Source of the DNA: a virus
Taxonomy: Duplodnaviria > Caudoviricetes
Reading direction: 5' to 3' (one strand)
DNA: 56,806 nucleotides
Virus record (IMG/VR): IMGVR_UViG_3300017989_000017
Span: 1-56,806 of that record
Part shown: one piece after another, positions 1 through 9,049 of the stretch
How the letters are laid out: each line of letters opens with the position of its first letter
Numbering within the stretch: the first letter of the stretch is position 1
Notes under the pieces: model-generated
Database searches by the model: none
What the model saw: only the letters and a program-made list of their open reading frames with translations
What the model was told of the DNA's origin: nothing
Position numbers and translations under genes: made by a program

Positions 1-123
1 GCGTGTGGGCACGGCCTACGTCCCGACGTCGCAGAAGATCCTGCGTGCGACCGGCGCCATCACCGGCACGTTCACGGTCGGCGAGAACGTCTTCCAGCTG
101 ATCGACACGACCAGCGCGGCGAC
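1..123. repeat. Terminal direct repeat, left copy (identical to 56684-56806); circular assembly overlap
   Basis: gcgtgtgggc...cgcggcgac is identical at both ends; it lies inside a reading frame that continues across the junction. Confidence 0.97.
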
Positions 124-940
124 TGCGCTCGACGTGGCTTACGGCCGCGTCGTGGCGACCGGCGGCTCGGGCGGCTCGGCGTACGTCGACATCCAGACGT
201 ACGACTCGTCGTTCCCGTTCGCGATCGAAGCTGCGCCGCCTGCCGACATCACCGGCGTCGACTCCGGCGCGACGCAGGCGACCACGGCCGTCGAGCTGGT
301 GCAGGGTCAGTCGCTCACCGCGAAGTTCTTCGAGGACGGTATCTCGAAGACGTTCGCCGGCTGCCGGGGCTCGAACACCTTCAACCTGCCCACGGGTGGC
401 TTCCCCACGATGGACGTCAACCTGCAGGGCGCCTACAACGCTGTCGCCGACGAGGCGAACCTCTCGACCGGCGGTGCGACGCAGGCCGCCGTTCCGACGT
501 TCCTCGGCACCGAGTTCCGCGTCAACCGGACCTGGCTCCCGTGCGCGTCGCAGATCACGATCGACATGGGGCAGACCCTCGTGCGTCGGACCTGTCAAAA
601 CAACGCCGCAGGCCTGGAGGGCTTCATCATCACCGATCGCACGCCGACGCTGACGATGGACCCCGAGCAGGTGCAGGAGATCGTCTCCGGCGCCTACACG
701 AAGGCGAAGAACGCGACGACGTTCGACATGCAGCTGCGCTTCGGCAACTTCACGAGCGGCTCGGGCGTCGACGCCTGGCTGATCTCGATGGACGTCTGCC
801 AGTACGAGGCGCTCAACGCCGGCGATCGGGACGGACTGATCACCTACGACGCGACCGTCCAGATCAACTCGTACGACTCGGTGGAGGACGCCGAGATCGC
901 CATCTGCAACTACGACCGCGCGGTCGTGGACGCCATCTGA
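2..940 (+). CDS. Major tail tube protein, C-terminal part (gene starts at 56082; ~513 aa in total)
   Basis: In frame with the ORF at 56082 through the repeat; tube-like motifs (FAGCRGS, ITIDMG, ITDRTP); between tail terminator and chaperones. Confidence 0.85.
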   Translation, partial: RVGTAYVPTSQKILRATGAITGTFTVGENVFQLIDTTSAATALDVAYGRVVATGGSGGSAYVDIQTYDSSFPFAIEAAPPADITGVDSGATQATTAVELVQGQSLTAKFFEDGISKTFAGCRGSNTFNLPTGGFPTMDVNLQGAYNAVADEANLSTGGATQAAVPTFLGTEFRVNRTWLPCASQITIDMGQTLVRRTCQNNAAGLEGFIITDRTPTLTMDPEQVQEIVSGAYTKAKNATTFDMQLRFGNFTSGSGVDAWLISMDVCQYEALNAGDRDGLITYDATVQINSYDSVEDAEIAICNYDRAVVDAI

Positions 941-968
941 TCCAACCTAGCCGAAAGGGGCCGTACCC

Positions 969-1433
969 ATGCAGCGCATCACCCGGAAGCCGAAGCTCCA
1001 CGAGTTCATCCCGACGTCGCAGAAGCGCGTCGTCGAACCCGGACGCATCGAGCCCATCCTCGACGACGACGGCGAGCCCGTTCTCGACGAGGATGGCAAC
1101 CCGACGCACGAGGTCATCGATCCCGTGCGCGAGCCGATCGACGAGCCGCTGACGTTCGTCTATCGGGAGCTTCGGCGTGCGGAGTTCTCCGCCGTGTCGG
1201 AGATCGTTCTTCGCGAGAAAGGCGAGTTCCAGTTCACGATCGACACCGCCTACGAGGTGGTCGAGATCGTGACCGAGGAGATCCGCAACGCCGAGATCGA
1301 GGAGGACGACGGGAGCGTGAGGCCGATCGAGATCCCCGGCGACCTCGACCTGCTCCCCGCTGCCGACGTCGCCGAGTTCGGCCTGCACGTCTTCGCCGAG
1401 GCGCGACTGCGAGGCGACCAGGGGGAAAAGTGA
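969..1433 (+). CDS. Tail assembly chaperone (gpG-like)
   Basis: Acidic 154-aa ORF between tube and tape measure, ending in slippery G GGG GAA AAG TGA. Confidence 0.75.
   Translation: MQRITRKPKLHEFIPTSQKRVVEPGRIEPILDDDGEPVLDEDGNPTHEVIDPVREPIDEPLTFVYRELRRAEFSAVSEIVLREKGEFQFTIDTAYEVVEIVTEEIRNAEIEEDDGSVRPIEIPGDLDLLPAADVAEFGLHVFAEARLRGDQGEK
1421..1430 (+). promoter_or_regulatory. Programmed -1 frameshift slippery site GGGGGAAAAG
   Basis: G GGG GAA in frame just before the stop; next ORF is in the -1 frame; canonical position for the G/GT frameshift. Confidence 0.7.
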
Positions 1434-1876
1434 TCGCGGCGGCGCATCGCGTGCATCGGCTCGACGACGGCGCGCCGGACTGCACCGTGTGCCGTCGTCC
1501 TAGTCGCGCCGCGCTGCGCGAGCGCTGGGGATGCGATCGACCGGCCGTCAGCGAGGTCTTCCGGTCGACGTGTACCGAGTGCCACAACACCCGCGACGAC
1601 TGCGAGACGTGCGGCGGCTCCGGCTCCCAGGGCTGGTACCGCTGCCCGTCTTCGCAGACCGACGACTTCGGCATGATGGTCGCCGAGGTCGCCGAGAACC
1701 TGACGGCGTGGGGCGAGTGGCCTGACGGGAAGCCCTGGCAGGACCAGCCGAACTCGCTCTACGAGGCGGTGAAGCTGTACCGGAGCGAGGTGGGTCGAAT
1801 CCGTGAGGCGCAGCGCGAGTCGGCGCAGCGCGAGGCTGAGAGCGCGCGCAGGGCCGCGCAGGCGAAGCACCGATGA
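1430..1876 (+). CDS. Tail assembly chaperone frameshift extension (gpT-like), Cys-rich
   Basis: -1 frame ORF abutting the tape measure start; CTVC, CTEC, CETC and RCP motifs. Confidence 0.7.
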   Translation: MIAAAHRVHRLDDGAPDCTVCRRPSRAALRERWGCDRPAVSEVFRSTCTECHNTRDDCETCGGSGSQGWYRCPSSQTDDFGMMVAEVAENLTAWGEWPDGKPWQDQPNSLYEAVKLYRSEVGRIREAQRESAQREAESARRAAQAKHR

Positions 1877-4323
1877 CCGACCGCAGCGAATTCGTCGTCT
1901 CCTTCCGCAGCGAGGACCAGGGCCTCGTCGGCGACTTCAAGCAGATCGGTACCGCGGGCAAGCGCGCCGGCGACAAGATCGAGGATGCCTTCGAGGACGC
2001 CGGTCGCGAGGTGCGGAAGTTCGGTCAGACGACCGACCGCACGATGAACCGCGTGCGTCGGAGCACGTCGAGCGTGACGAAGGCCGCGACGAGCCTCCGT
2101 GGTGCGTTCCTCGGGCTCGGCGTCGGTCTCGCTGCCGCTGCCGGCGGGCGGGCGGCGTTCTCGCTCGGCACCGACCTCCTGAGCCAGGCCAGCGACGCCG
2201 AGGAGGCGCAATCGAAGTTCGACGTCGTGTTCCGCGGTGTCACCGAGGAGGCGACCGACGCGGTGCAGCGCATCGCCGACGAGACTGGCCGCTCGCGCTT
2301 CGCGCTGACCGACTTCTTCTCGACGCTGCAGGACACGTTCGTCCCGCTGGGCTTCGCGCGCGACGAGGCGCTGGAGCTTTCTGAGACGCTCGTGCAGCTC
2401 GGCGTCGACCTGGGCTCGTTCAACAACCGCGCGGACGCCGAAGTCATCAAGGCCCTGCAGTCGGCGATCGTCGGCAACACGGAGACGCTGCGACAGTTCG
2501 GCGTCGTGATCACCCAGGAGACTCTCAACCAGGAGCTGCTCGCGCAGGGGATCGAGGGCGGCGTCAAGGCTGCGACCGAGGCCGAGAAAGCGTACGCCCG
2601 TGTCGCGATCACGTTGCGCTCCACGACCGACGCGCAGGGCGACGCGGCTCGCACCGCGGAGTCGTTCGAGAACCGCGTCAAGCGCCTGCAGGCGGCCTTC
2701 GAGGAGGTCCGCGTCGAGCTGGGCGGCCAGCTGATCGAGCTGGTGAACGAGTTGGTGACGGACCTGGGTGGCCTGGACGAGATCGTCGACCTGGTCACGA
2801 TCGGCCTGACCGCCGGTGCCGAGGCGTTCGAGATCATCCTCAAGGCCGCCTTCGCTGCGGCCGAGGGCTTCCTGCAGACGGGGCAGGACGCCGACACGCT
2901 GACCGAGAACATCAGCGGGCTCTCCGACGACTTCGAGGGATTCTTCGAGATCGCCGAGGACGTCGGCGAGGGCGTGAAGCGCTTCACGGACACAGTCGCC
3001 GACGCCGGGCCGATCTTCAGTGCGCTGGGCCAGACCGGCGCGATCGTCTTCAACGCACTCCAGGTCGGCGTCGACTCGCTGATCCTGGGCTTCACGGCCT
3101 TCCAGGGGACGATCCTCCCGATCCAGGAGCAGCTGCTGGGCCTCGCGCGCAGCGGCTTCGAGCCCCTGCAGGCGGCCTTCTCGTTCTTCGTGCGGGAGGG
3201 GATCGAGGGCTTCGCCGACATCCTCGACGGCGCCGCGCGCTTCGTCGCGTTCTTCGACAAGGATCTCTCGTTCGCGGCGAGCGGTGCTGCGGCCGTGATC
3301 CGCGGAAGCGCGTCGAACATCGCCGAGGGCTTCACCGAGGACGTCGACAACCTGCTCACCGCTGCCGAGGCGACCGCGAAGGACGCCGGCGAGCGACTGG
3401 GCGAGATCCAGCGCGACGCCGTCGAGCGCATCCTCGGCGCGCGCCCCGACGGCACCGGCGCGCTCGGTATCGACGATCTGCTCGGCTTCGGCGACACGTC
3501 GCTCGGCCCGCTCACCGGCGAGGGCAACGCCGAGGAGTTGGCGAACGCGATCGACAAGTTGTGGGAGGCCGCGGTCGAGATCGCGAACCCGGCCGAGATC
3601 CCCGTCGAGGTGCTTCCGCCGATGCCGGAGGAGGTCAAGGAGACGGTCATGCAGATCGAGGCCGAGGCGCCGCCGGTGAAGGTGGAGGTCAAGGTCGAGG
3701 GCGACACCGAGGAGACGAAGAAGAGCGTCGAGGAGACGAAGGACGCAATCGACGAGTTCTCCGCGGTCGCGCAGGACTCGTTCGAGGGCCTCCTCGTCAA
3801 CCTCTCCGACGGCGAGCGCGGCTTCGAGGACTTCGCGAACACGGCGATTCGCTCCCTTGCACGCGTCGCCGCGCAACAGCTGACATCTTCGATCTTCACG
3901 GGGCTCGGGTTCAGCGAGGGTGGGACGCTCTCGTTCTCGCAGGGTGGCACGCTCACGAGCGGCGGGAAGCCGATCAGTTTCGGCGCGTTCCCGACCGGCG
4001 GGGTCGTGCGTGACCCAACCGTCGCCCTGTTCGGCGACCAGTCGCCCGCGTTCAAGGGCGAGGCGTTCGTGCCGATCCCCGGCGACGCGCAGGGCATCCC
4101 CGTCGACTTCCGTGGCGGCTTCCCGGAGCAAGCCGCGGGCGGCGACTCGGCGCCGATCTACAACTTCCGCTTCGACGTCAGCGCGACGGACGCCGCATCG
4201 TTCAACGATCAGCTCGTGCGCAGCTCCACGCGAGATCTGCTCACCGGCATCGTCGCCGACGGGATTCGTGGGGCGAGCCCGGGGCTCCGCGCCGAGGTTC
4301 GGAGTGTCGCGAACAGCGCATGA
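1873..4323 (+). CDS. Tape measure protein (816 aa)
   Basis: Ala/Gly-rich helical protein with ASDAEEAQSKFDVVF and ETLRQFG motifs, C-terminal F..GG.V...TVALFG...GEAFVP motif; synteny. Confidence 0.92.
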   Translation: MTDRSEFVVSFRSEDQGLVGDFKQIGTAGKRAGDKIEDAFEDAGREVRKFGQTTDRTMNRVRRSTSSVTKAATSLRGAFLGLGVGLAAAAGGRAAFSLGTDLLSQASDAEEAQSKFDVVFRGVTEEATDAVQRIADETGRSRFALTDFFSTLQDTFVPLGFARDEALELSETLVQLGVDLGSFNNRADAEVIKALQSAIVGNTETLRQFGVVITQETLNQELLAQGIEGGVKAATEAEKAYARVAITLRSTTDAQGDAARTAESFENRVKRLQAAFEEVRVELGGQLIELVNELVTDLGGLDEIVDLVTIGLTAGAEAFEIILKAAFAAAEGFLQTGQDADTLTENISGLSDDFEGFFEIAEDVGEGVKRFTDTVADAGPIFSALGQTGAIVFNALQVGVDSLILGFTAFQGTILPIQEQLLGLARSGFEPLQAAFSFFVREGIEGFADILDGAARFVAFFDKDLSFAASGAAAVIRGSASNIAEGFTEDVDNLLTAAEATAKDAGERLGEIQRDAVERILGARPDGTGALGIDDLLGFGDTSLGPLTGEGNAEELANAIDKLWEAAVEIANPAEIPVEVLPPMPEEVKETVMQIEAEAPPVKVEVKVEGDTEETKKSVEETKDAIDEFSAVAQDSFEGLLVNLSDGERGFEDFANTAIRSLARVAAQQLTSSIFTGLGFSEGGTLSFSQGGTLTSGGKPISFGAFPTGGVVRDPTVALFGDQSPAFKGEAFVPIPGDAQGIPVDFRGGFPEQAAGGDSAPIYNFRFDVSATDAASFNDQLVRSSTRDLLTGIVADGIRGASPGLRAEVRSVANSA

Positions 4324-4326
4324 GCC

Positions 4327-7300
4327 ATGCACGTCATCCCCTCCGACGACTCCTTCGACTACGGCAACGCTGGTTCCGATCCCTACGGAACCTTCTTGCT
4401 CGGGTACTTGGGCTGGGAGCCGAAGAGCGGCGTGGACGCTGGGCTCCTCGTTCGCAGCGGCGCGGTCGGTCCGGGGCGCGCGTGGGCGATCGGCGAAGAG
4501 GACATCGCGACGAACGACGACGTGCCCGTCGCGTTCATGCGCCGGCAGTCGTTTCAGGCCGACTGCTCTGTCCGGGCGGCCTTCAAGTTCACTGCGCGTC
4601 AGGGTGTTGCGACCCAGGATCACGGGTACGAGCTGGGCGTCTTCGCTCGCGCTACTGGCGGCACCCTGACCGACGACGGGACCGAGTTCGTCCACTACGT
4701 CGATGGAAGCGCCTACGCCGCGCTGCTCACGCGGACCGGCACCGATGCGTACGACCTGACGATCGCGCGGTGGAGCGGCGGGACTGAGACGACGCTCGCG
4801 ACGAAGTCGCTCACGCTGATCGCTCCGACGCTCGTCAGCAAGGCGCTGCGGCTGCGCCTCGACTGCGTGACGAACGTCTCAGGCGACGTCGAGCTGTCCG
4901 CGCAGGTGCAGAACCTCGCGGCCTACGACGTCACGCCGAAGAAGCCGTCGCGCCCGGTCGGCGGCTTCCAGCTTCCCGGCGCCTCGGTCGGCATCCTGGA
5001 CATCGAGGACGACTGGACGGAGCTGCTCTCGCACACCGACAGCTCGGGCTCGAAGCTCACTTCGGCTGGCCGCTGCGGGTTCCTGATCGAGCGCGAGCGC
5101 GAGTACGACTCCGGCGCGACGCGGATCGTGACGGCGATCTCGAACTTCACGGTGCGCACCGAGGCGGAAACGATCCTGTTCGCCGACGGCTTCAAGCGTG
5201 CGGCGATCAACCTCGGGCGCCCCTTCACTGACGCGTGGTCGGACCCGGCGACCTCGGTGCAGGGCGACTGGACGCACGACCTGTTCAGTGTCGAGCAGGA
5301 CGCGAGCGTGATGCTGCGCCGCGACACCGCTGCCGAGGAGGTCACGCAGACGCCGACCGCGTCTCCGGGCTCGTCGATGAACCTGACGCCGGCGACGAGC
5401 GACTACCTCTCGATCGACCTGAGCGACGCCGGCTACGTCGGCGCGATCCCGCTGCGCTCGGCGACCCTGTTCACCTGGGCGTGCCGCACGAACCTCGACG
5501 CGAACGCCGCGGGCAACGTGCTCTGGGACGACTTCCTCTCGCTCGGCAACGGGCAGTCGATCGGGTTTACGCTCGGGCTGACTCCGGGCGGCGCGGCGAA
5601 CACGTTCCGCATGTACGCGATCGTCAGCGGCACGGGGACCTCGTCGGGGACCACCTACGAGACCGCCGACATCGCCGAGGCGTCGATCCTCTCGACGACG
5701 GCGCACCTGGCCTGGACCCTCAGCTCGGCGAACGACCGGGTGCGCTTCTACCTGAACGGGACCCTGCAGGTGGAGCGCGCGATGACCGAGGACCCGGAGA
5801 TCCGCGGCGCGACCGAGACCCGGGTGGGCTGGAACGGCACGGCCGGCGCCACGACCGCGAACTTCCTCGACGGGCGCGTCGACGACCTCCGGCTCTACTG
5901 GCTGGAGCTGGACGCCGCGGCCCTGCAGCACCTCGCCGCGACCAGCCTCTCCGGGGTCGGGACGGGGATCGACTTCCCGTCCCTGGGACTCCTGATCGAC
6001 TTCGAGGCGGCTCAGAGCCAGGTCGCGACCCTCGGCGGGTACTTCCCGGCCACGCACGGCGTCTCTCCTGGCGTCTCCTGGGCTTTCGAGGGGTCTGCGG
6101 CGACGACGACCGGGATCAGCGCCGCGGCCCGTACGCGGGCGTACAGCGCCTCCCAGCGCCCCGTCGACGACGACCGGAACCAGAACCGGGCCGTGACGGT
6201 CGAGCTGGCCGACGTGAACACCACGGCCGGGCCCTTCGTGCGGGGCGCGCTGGCGGCCGACGGGACCTTCACGGGCTACCGCCTGGACGTCCGCCCGGCC
6301 CCCGACGCCGTCGCGCTGCTCTACCGGGTCAACTCCGGGGCCGAGACCCTGCTGGCGCAGGCGTCGATCACGCTGGCCCTCTCGACCCAGTACGTCGTCC
6401 AGCTGCAGGTGAGCCGCTCGAATTCCGGGCAGCCCGACTCGGCCAGCACGCTCGCGGCCTACCTCGGCGGGACGCAGATCGTGCTCGTCGCCGAGACGGC
6501 CGCCGACAACGTGTTCGCGGACAGCGCGGGGACGATCCGCGACGCGAGCACCAACCGGATCGCGTCGGGCAAGCTGGAGGGGTTCCACATCCTCACGCCC
6601 GGCGGGACCGGCGCGACCGACATCGACACCTGGGCCCAGGGCCCCCTCGACAACCTGACCTTCGCGATCGAGGGCGACTCGATCGTCCTGCGGTCGGAGG
6701 TCAGCGGGGTCACCGGGAACCTGACGGACGGCGTCGGGACCGGGAACGCTCCGCTGCAGCCGCTGCGCCGCGCGCAGCTCGCGCACATCGACGTCGCCCG
6801 GTACGAGTCGTCCCACCCCGTGCGCAAGCTGCGCGGGGAGGTCTCGCGGCGCGGGTTCGAGAGCGTGTCGTTCCTGCTCTCCGACTCGGAGCTGACGGCG
6901 TTCCGCACGTTCTTCAACGACCACCGCGCGAGCGAGATCCCGTTCCTCTGGACGCCGCCGGACGAAGCGCAGGGGACCTTCTCGTTCGGCCGCCCGCAGT
7001 TCACCGCGACGCCGATCGTCCCCGGGCAGACGCAGGTTACCTTCGACCTGATCGAGCGGCTCGACTACGTGGACAGCCCGCCCGCGCTCCTCACGCCGGC
7101 GCAGGCGCCCGGTCGCCTCTTCTGGTGCTCGGCGCAGACGAACTGCTTCACGATCTCGCCGACGCCCGACGCGGTCCCCGACGACAAGACGAAGACGTTC
7201 ACCTCGCTCCTCGGTCCCGTCGATCGCTGGTCGAACGCCGACGCGCAGTACCCCTCCCCGACGGACGGCTCGGTCGGTCGTCACCTCAGCGCGGCCTTCT

Positions 7301-7962
7301 CGGACTCGGTGGGCAACGGCACCCCGCGCTGGGGGCTCGTCGAGTTCGCGTCGACGGCGGTCATCAACGGCAAGCGCACGATCGAGTCGCGCGAGAACGA
7401 CGTCTACTACCTCGCGAATCCGAACCTGAACTTCTACGTCCTGCCGTGGTGGGGCGAGTCGGGGTTCACGTTCATCGCACACATCATCCCGCCGACGTCG
7501 GGCTACGGCGCGAGCGAGCACATCCTCCGGCTCGCCGACCCCAGCGGGAACGAGATCTGCCGCGTCGGCTGGACGACGTCGCAGTTCTACGCGGTGCCCG
7601 GTGTCGTGATCGCGGGGGGTGCGCTCTCTGGCTACGACCTCGGCGGCTCCACGGCAGCGAAGACGATCGTCGTGCGCTGGCAGCCGAACTCGCCGATTCG
7701 GATCTACGACGGCGGCGGCGCGGCAGTGGCCTCGACCTCGGCGTCCATTCCGGCGCTGCCGCTGGCGGTTCCCCTCTTCCAGTCGATCTTCCAGTCGTCG
7801 ACCTCGGAGGGCACCGCGCTCTCGCCTGACGCCGACATCGGCACGCGGCTGTTCCTGCAGGAGGTCGCCGCCTTCTCGCGCGGCCTCACCGACGACGAGA
7901 TCAACGGCATCGGGAGCTACTTCGCCGCGCAGTACGGCTCGACCTGGACGGACTTGGCATGA
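4327..7962 (+). CDS. Large tail protein: gpM/Dit-like core with LamG/ConA-like lectin domains
   Basis: Follows the tape measure; AFRTFFNDHRASEIPFLWTPP resembles lambda gpM; VRFYLNG...FLDGRVDDLRLY is a LamG signature; C-terminal EVAAFSRGLTDDEI...YFAAQYG. Confidence 0.7.
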   Translation: MHVIPSDDSFDYGNAGSDPYGTFLLGYLGWEPKSGVDAGLLVRSGAVGPGRAWAIGEEDIATNDDVPVAFMRRQSFQADCSVRAAFKFTARQGVATQDHGYELGVFARATGGTLTDDGTEFVHYVDGSAYAALLTRTGTDAYDLTIARWSGGTETTLATKSLTLIAPTLVSKALRLRLDCVTNVSGDVELSAQVQNLAAYDVTPKKPSRPVGGFQLPGASVGILDIEDDWTELLSHTDSSGSKLTSAGRCGFLIEREREYDSGATRIVTAISNFTVRTEAETILFADGFKRAAINLGRPFTDAWSDPATSVQGDWTHDLFSVEQDASVMLRRDTAAEEVTQTPTASPGSSMNLTPATSDYLSIDLSDAGYVGAIPLRSATLFTWACRTNLDANAAGNVLWDDFLSLGNGQSIGFTLGLTPGGAANTFRMYAIVSGTGTSSGTTYETADIAEASILSTTAHLAWTLSSANDRVRFYLNGTLQVERAMTEDPEIRGATETRVGWNGTAGATTANFLDGRVDDLRLYWLELDAAALQHLAATSLSGVGTGIDFPSLGLLIDFEAAQSQVATLGGYFPATHGVSPGVSWAFEGSAATTTGISAAARTRAYSASQRPVDDDRNQNRAVTVELADVNTTAGPFVRGALAADGTFTGYRLDVRPAPDAVALLYRVNSGAETLLAQASITLALSTQYVVQLQVSRSNSGQPDSASTLAAYLGGTQIVLVAETAADNVFADSAGTIRDASTNRIASGKLEGFHILTPGGTGATDIDTWAQGPLDNLTFAIEGDSIVLRSEVSGVTGNLTDGVGTGNAPLQPLRRAQLAHIDVARYESSHPVRKLRGEVSRRGFESVSFLLSDSELTAFRTFFNDHRASEIPFLWTPPDEAQGTFSFGRPQFTATPIVPGQTQVTFDLIERLDYVDSPPALLTPAQAPGRLFWCSAQTNCFTISPTPDAVPDDKTKTFTSLLGPVDRWSNADAQYPSPTDGSVGRHLSAAFSDSVGNGTPRWGLVEFASTAVINGKRTIESRENDVYYLANPNLNFYVLPWWGESGFTFIAHIIPPTSGYGASEHILRLADPSGNEICRVGWTTSQFYAVPGVVIAGGALSGYDLGGSTAAKTIVVRWQPNSPIRIYDGGGAAVASTSASIPALPLAVPLFQSIFQSSTSEGTALSPDADIGTRLFLQEVAAFSRGLTDDEINGIGSYFAAQYGSTWTDLA

Positions 7963-8642
7963 GAGACATCCCCGAAGAGTTCCGGCTCGCGAAGGACGAG
8001 CGGTTCCAGCAGTACCCGTGGGTGTGGCTGGTCGAGACGAGCGTTCCGACGACGCCGATCAAGCCGCTGCGCATCTGCAACTACACGAAGGTCGTCGAGT
8101 TCGACGCCGACAACACCGGCATCCCGCAGAAGTTCTACCCCGCGCCGTTCTCGTTCGGTGACGTGCGCATCGACACGGAGGGCTCGCTCCCGTCGCTGCC
8201 GCTGACGATCGGGAACGTGACGCGGGAGGTGCTCGCGATCCTGCTGAACAACGACTACCTCGTCGGGCGCGACGCGAAGCTGACGCTCGTCAACGCCGCG
8301 TCGCTGGACAACGCCGACGCCAAGATGGAATTCCCGGTGCAGATCCGCTCCGCGTCGGAGAACAACTCGACGATCACGTTCAACCTGTCGAGCTTCGCCC
8401 TCAACAACGTCACCGCGCCCCAGTTCCGCGTCTCGCGTACGGGCTGCTGGCACAACTACGGCGACGACGGCTGCGGCTTCGATATCGCCGGGCTCGACCC
8501 CGGGCAGGCCACGCTGGGCGCCTGCGGGAAGACGATCCCCGAGTGCGAGGCCCGCGGCGCCCTTGAGGTGGCGGACGGCCGTCCGCAGGATCACCCGAAG
8601 CGGATCGGGCTGTTCCCTGGACTCCCGCTGGCTGGACAATGA
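7959..8642 (+). CDS. Minor tail tip protein, lambda gpL-like (C-terminal four-Cys Fe-S motif)
   Basis: C-WHNY-x4-C...CGKTIPEC...GLFPG; LTIGNV motif; synteny. Confidence 0.82.
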   Translation: MRDIPEEFRLAKDERFQQYPWVWLVETSVPTTPIKPLRICNYTKVVEFDADNTGIPQKFYPAPFSFGDVRIDTEGSLPSLPLTIGNVTREVLAILLNNDYLVGRDAKLTLVNAASLDNADAKMEFPVQIRSASENNSTITFNLSSFALNNVTAPQFRVSRTGCWHNYGDDGCGFDIAGLDPGQATLGACGKTIPECEARGALEVADGRPQDHPKRIGLFPGLPLAGQ

Positions 8643-9049
8643 CCTCGCGCGACTTCAAGGACCTGATGGAGATTCCCTGGCGGGAGCTGCACTGCGGGCA
8701 GCTCGCCTACCGGGTCCTGACCGAGTTCTTCGACATCGACGTCCGCGAAAGCGACCTCTGGATGTCGAGCAAGGACATCGGCACCGCGGAACTGGAGCGC
8801 CTCGTCGATCGCTACCTGCAGACGCAGGGGCATCGCTGGCAGCTCGTCGAGGATGCCCAGATCGGCGACGTCGTCCTCTCCGCTGGCTCGCAGGAGTTCG
8901 GGCGGCACCACCTCTCGGTGGTCATCTCGACCGAGCCGTTCGCGAAGGTCATCACCACCTCGCGCAAGGCCGGCTACCCGTTCATCCAGCACCTCGATCG
9001 CACGCCGCAGGTGATGGGGATCTACCGCTTCGTCGGAGACCAGGGATGA
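8639..9049 (+). CDS. NlpC/P60-like tail tip assembly protein (gpK-like)
   Basis: IPW...HCGQL Cys, GDVVL, HLSVV His, GIYRF end; between gpL-like and gpJ-like genes. Confidence 0.75.
   Translation: MTSRDFKDLMEIPWRELHCGQLAYRVLTEFFDIDVRESDLWMSSKDIGTAELERLVDRYLQTQGHRWQLVEDAQIGDVVLSAGSQEFGRHHLSVVISTEPFAKVITTSRKAGYPFIQHLDRTPQVMGIYRFVGDQG

Noticed and set aside
1759-7521. Very long antisense or alternate-frame ORFs (e.g. 1759..4695 -, 4879..7521 -, and many similar genome-wide)
   Set aside because: Shadow ORFs expected in high-GC DNA; Arg/Pro/Gly-rich with no motifs, and they overlap well-supported genes
8563-9045. N-terminal extension of the 1848-aa J ORF given in the track
   Set aside because: It overlaps the gpL- and gpK-like genes; the ATGA-coupled start at 9046 is more plausible. 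Similar trimming was applied to many other ORFs
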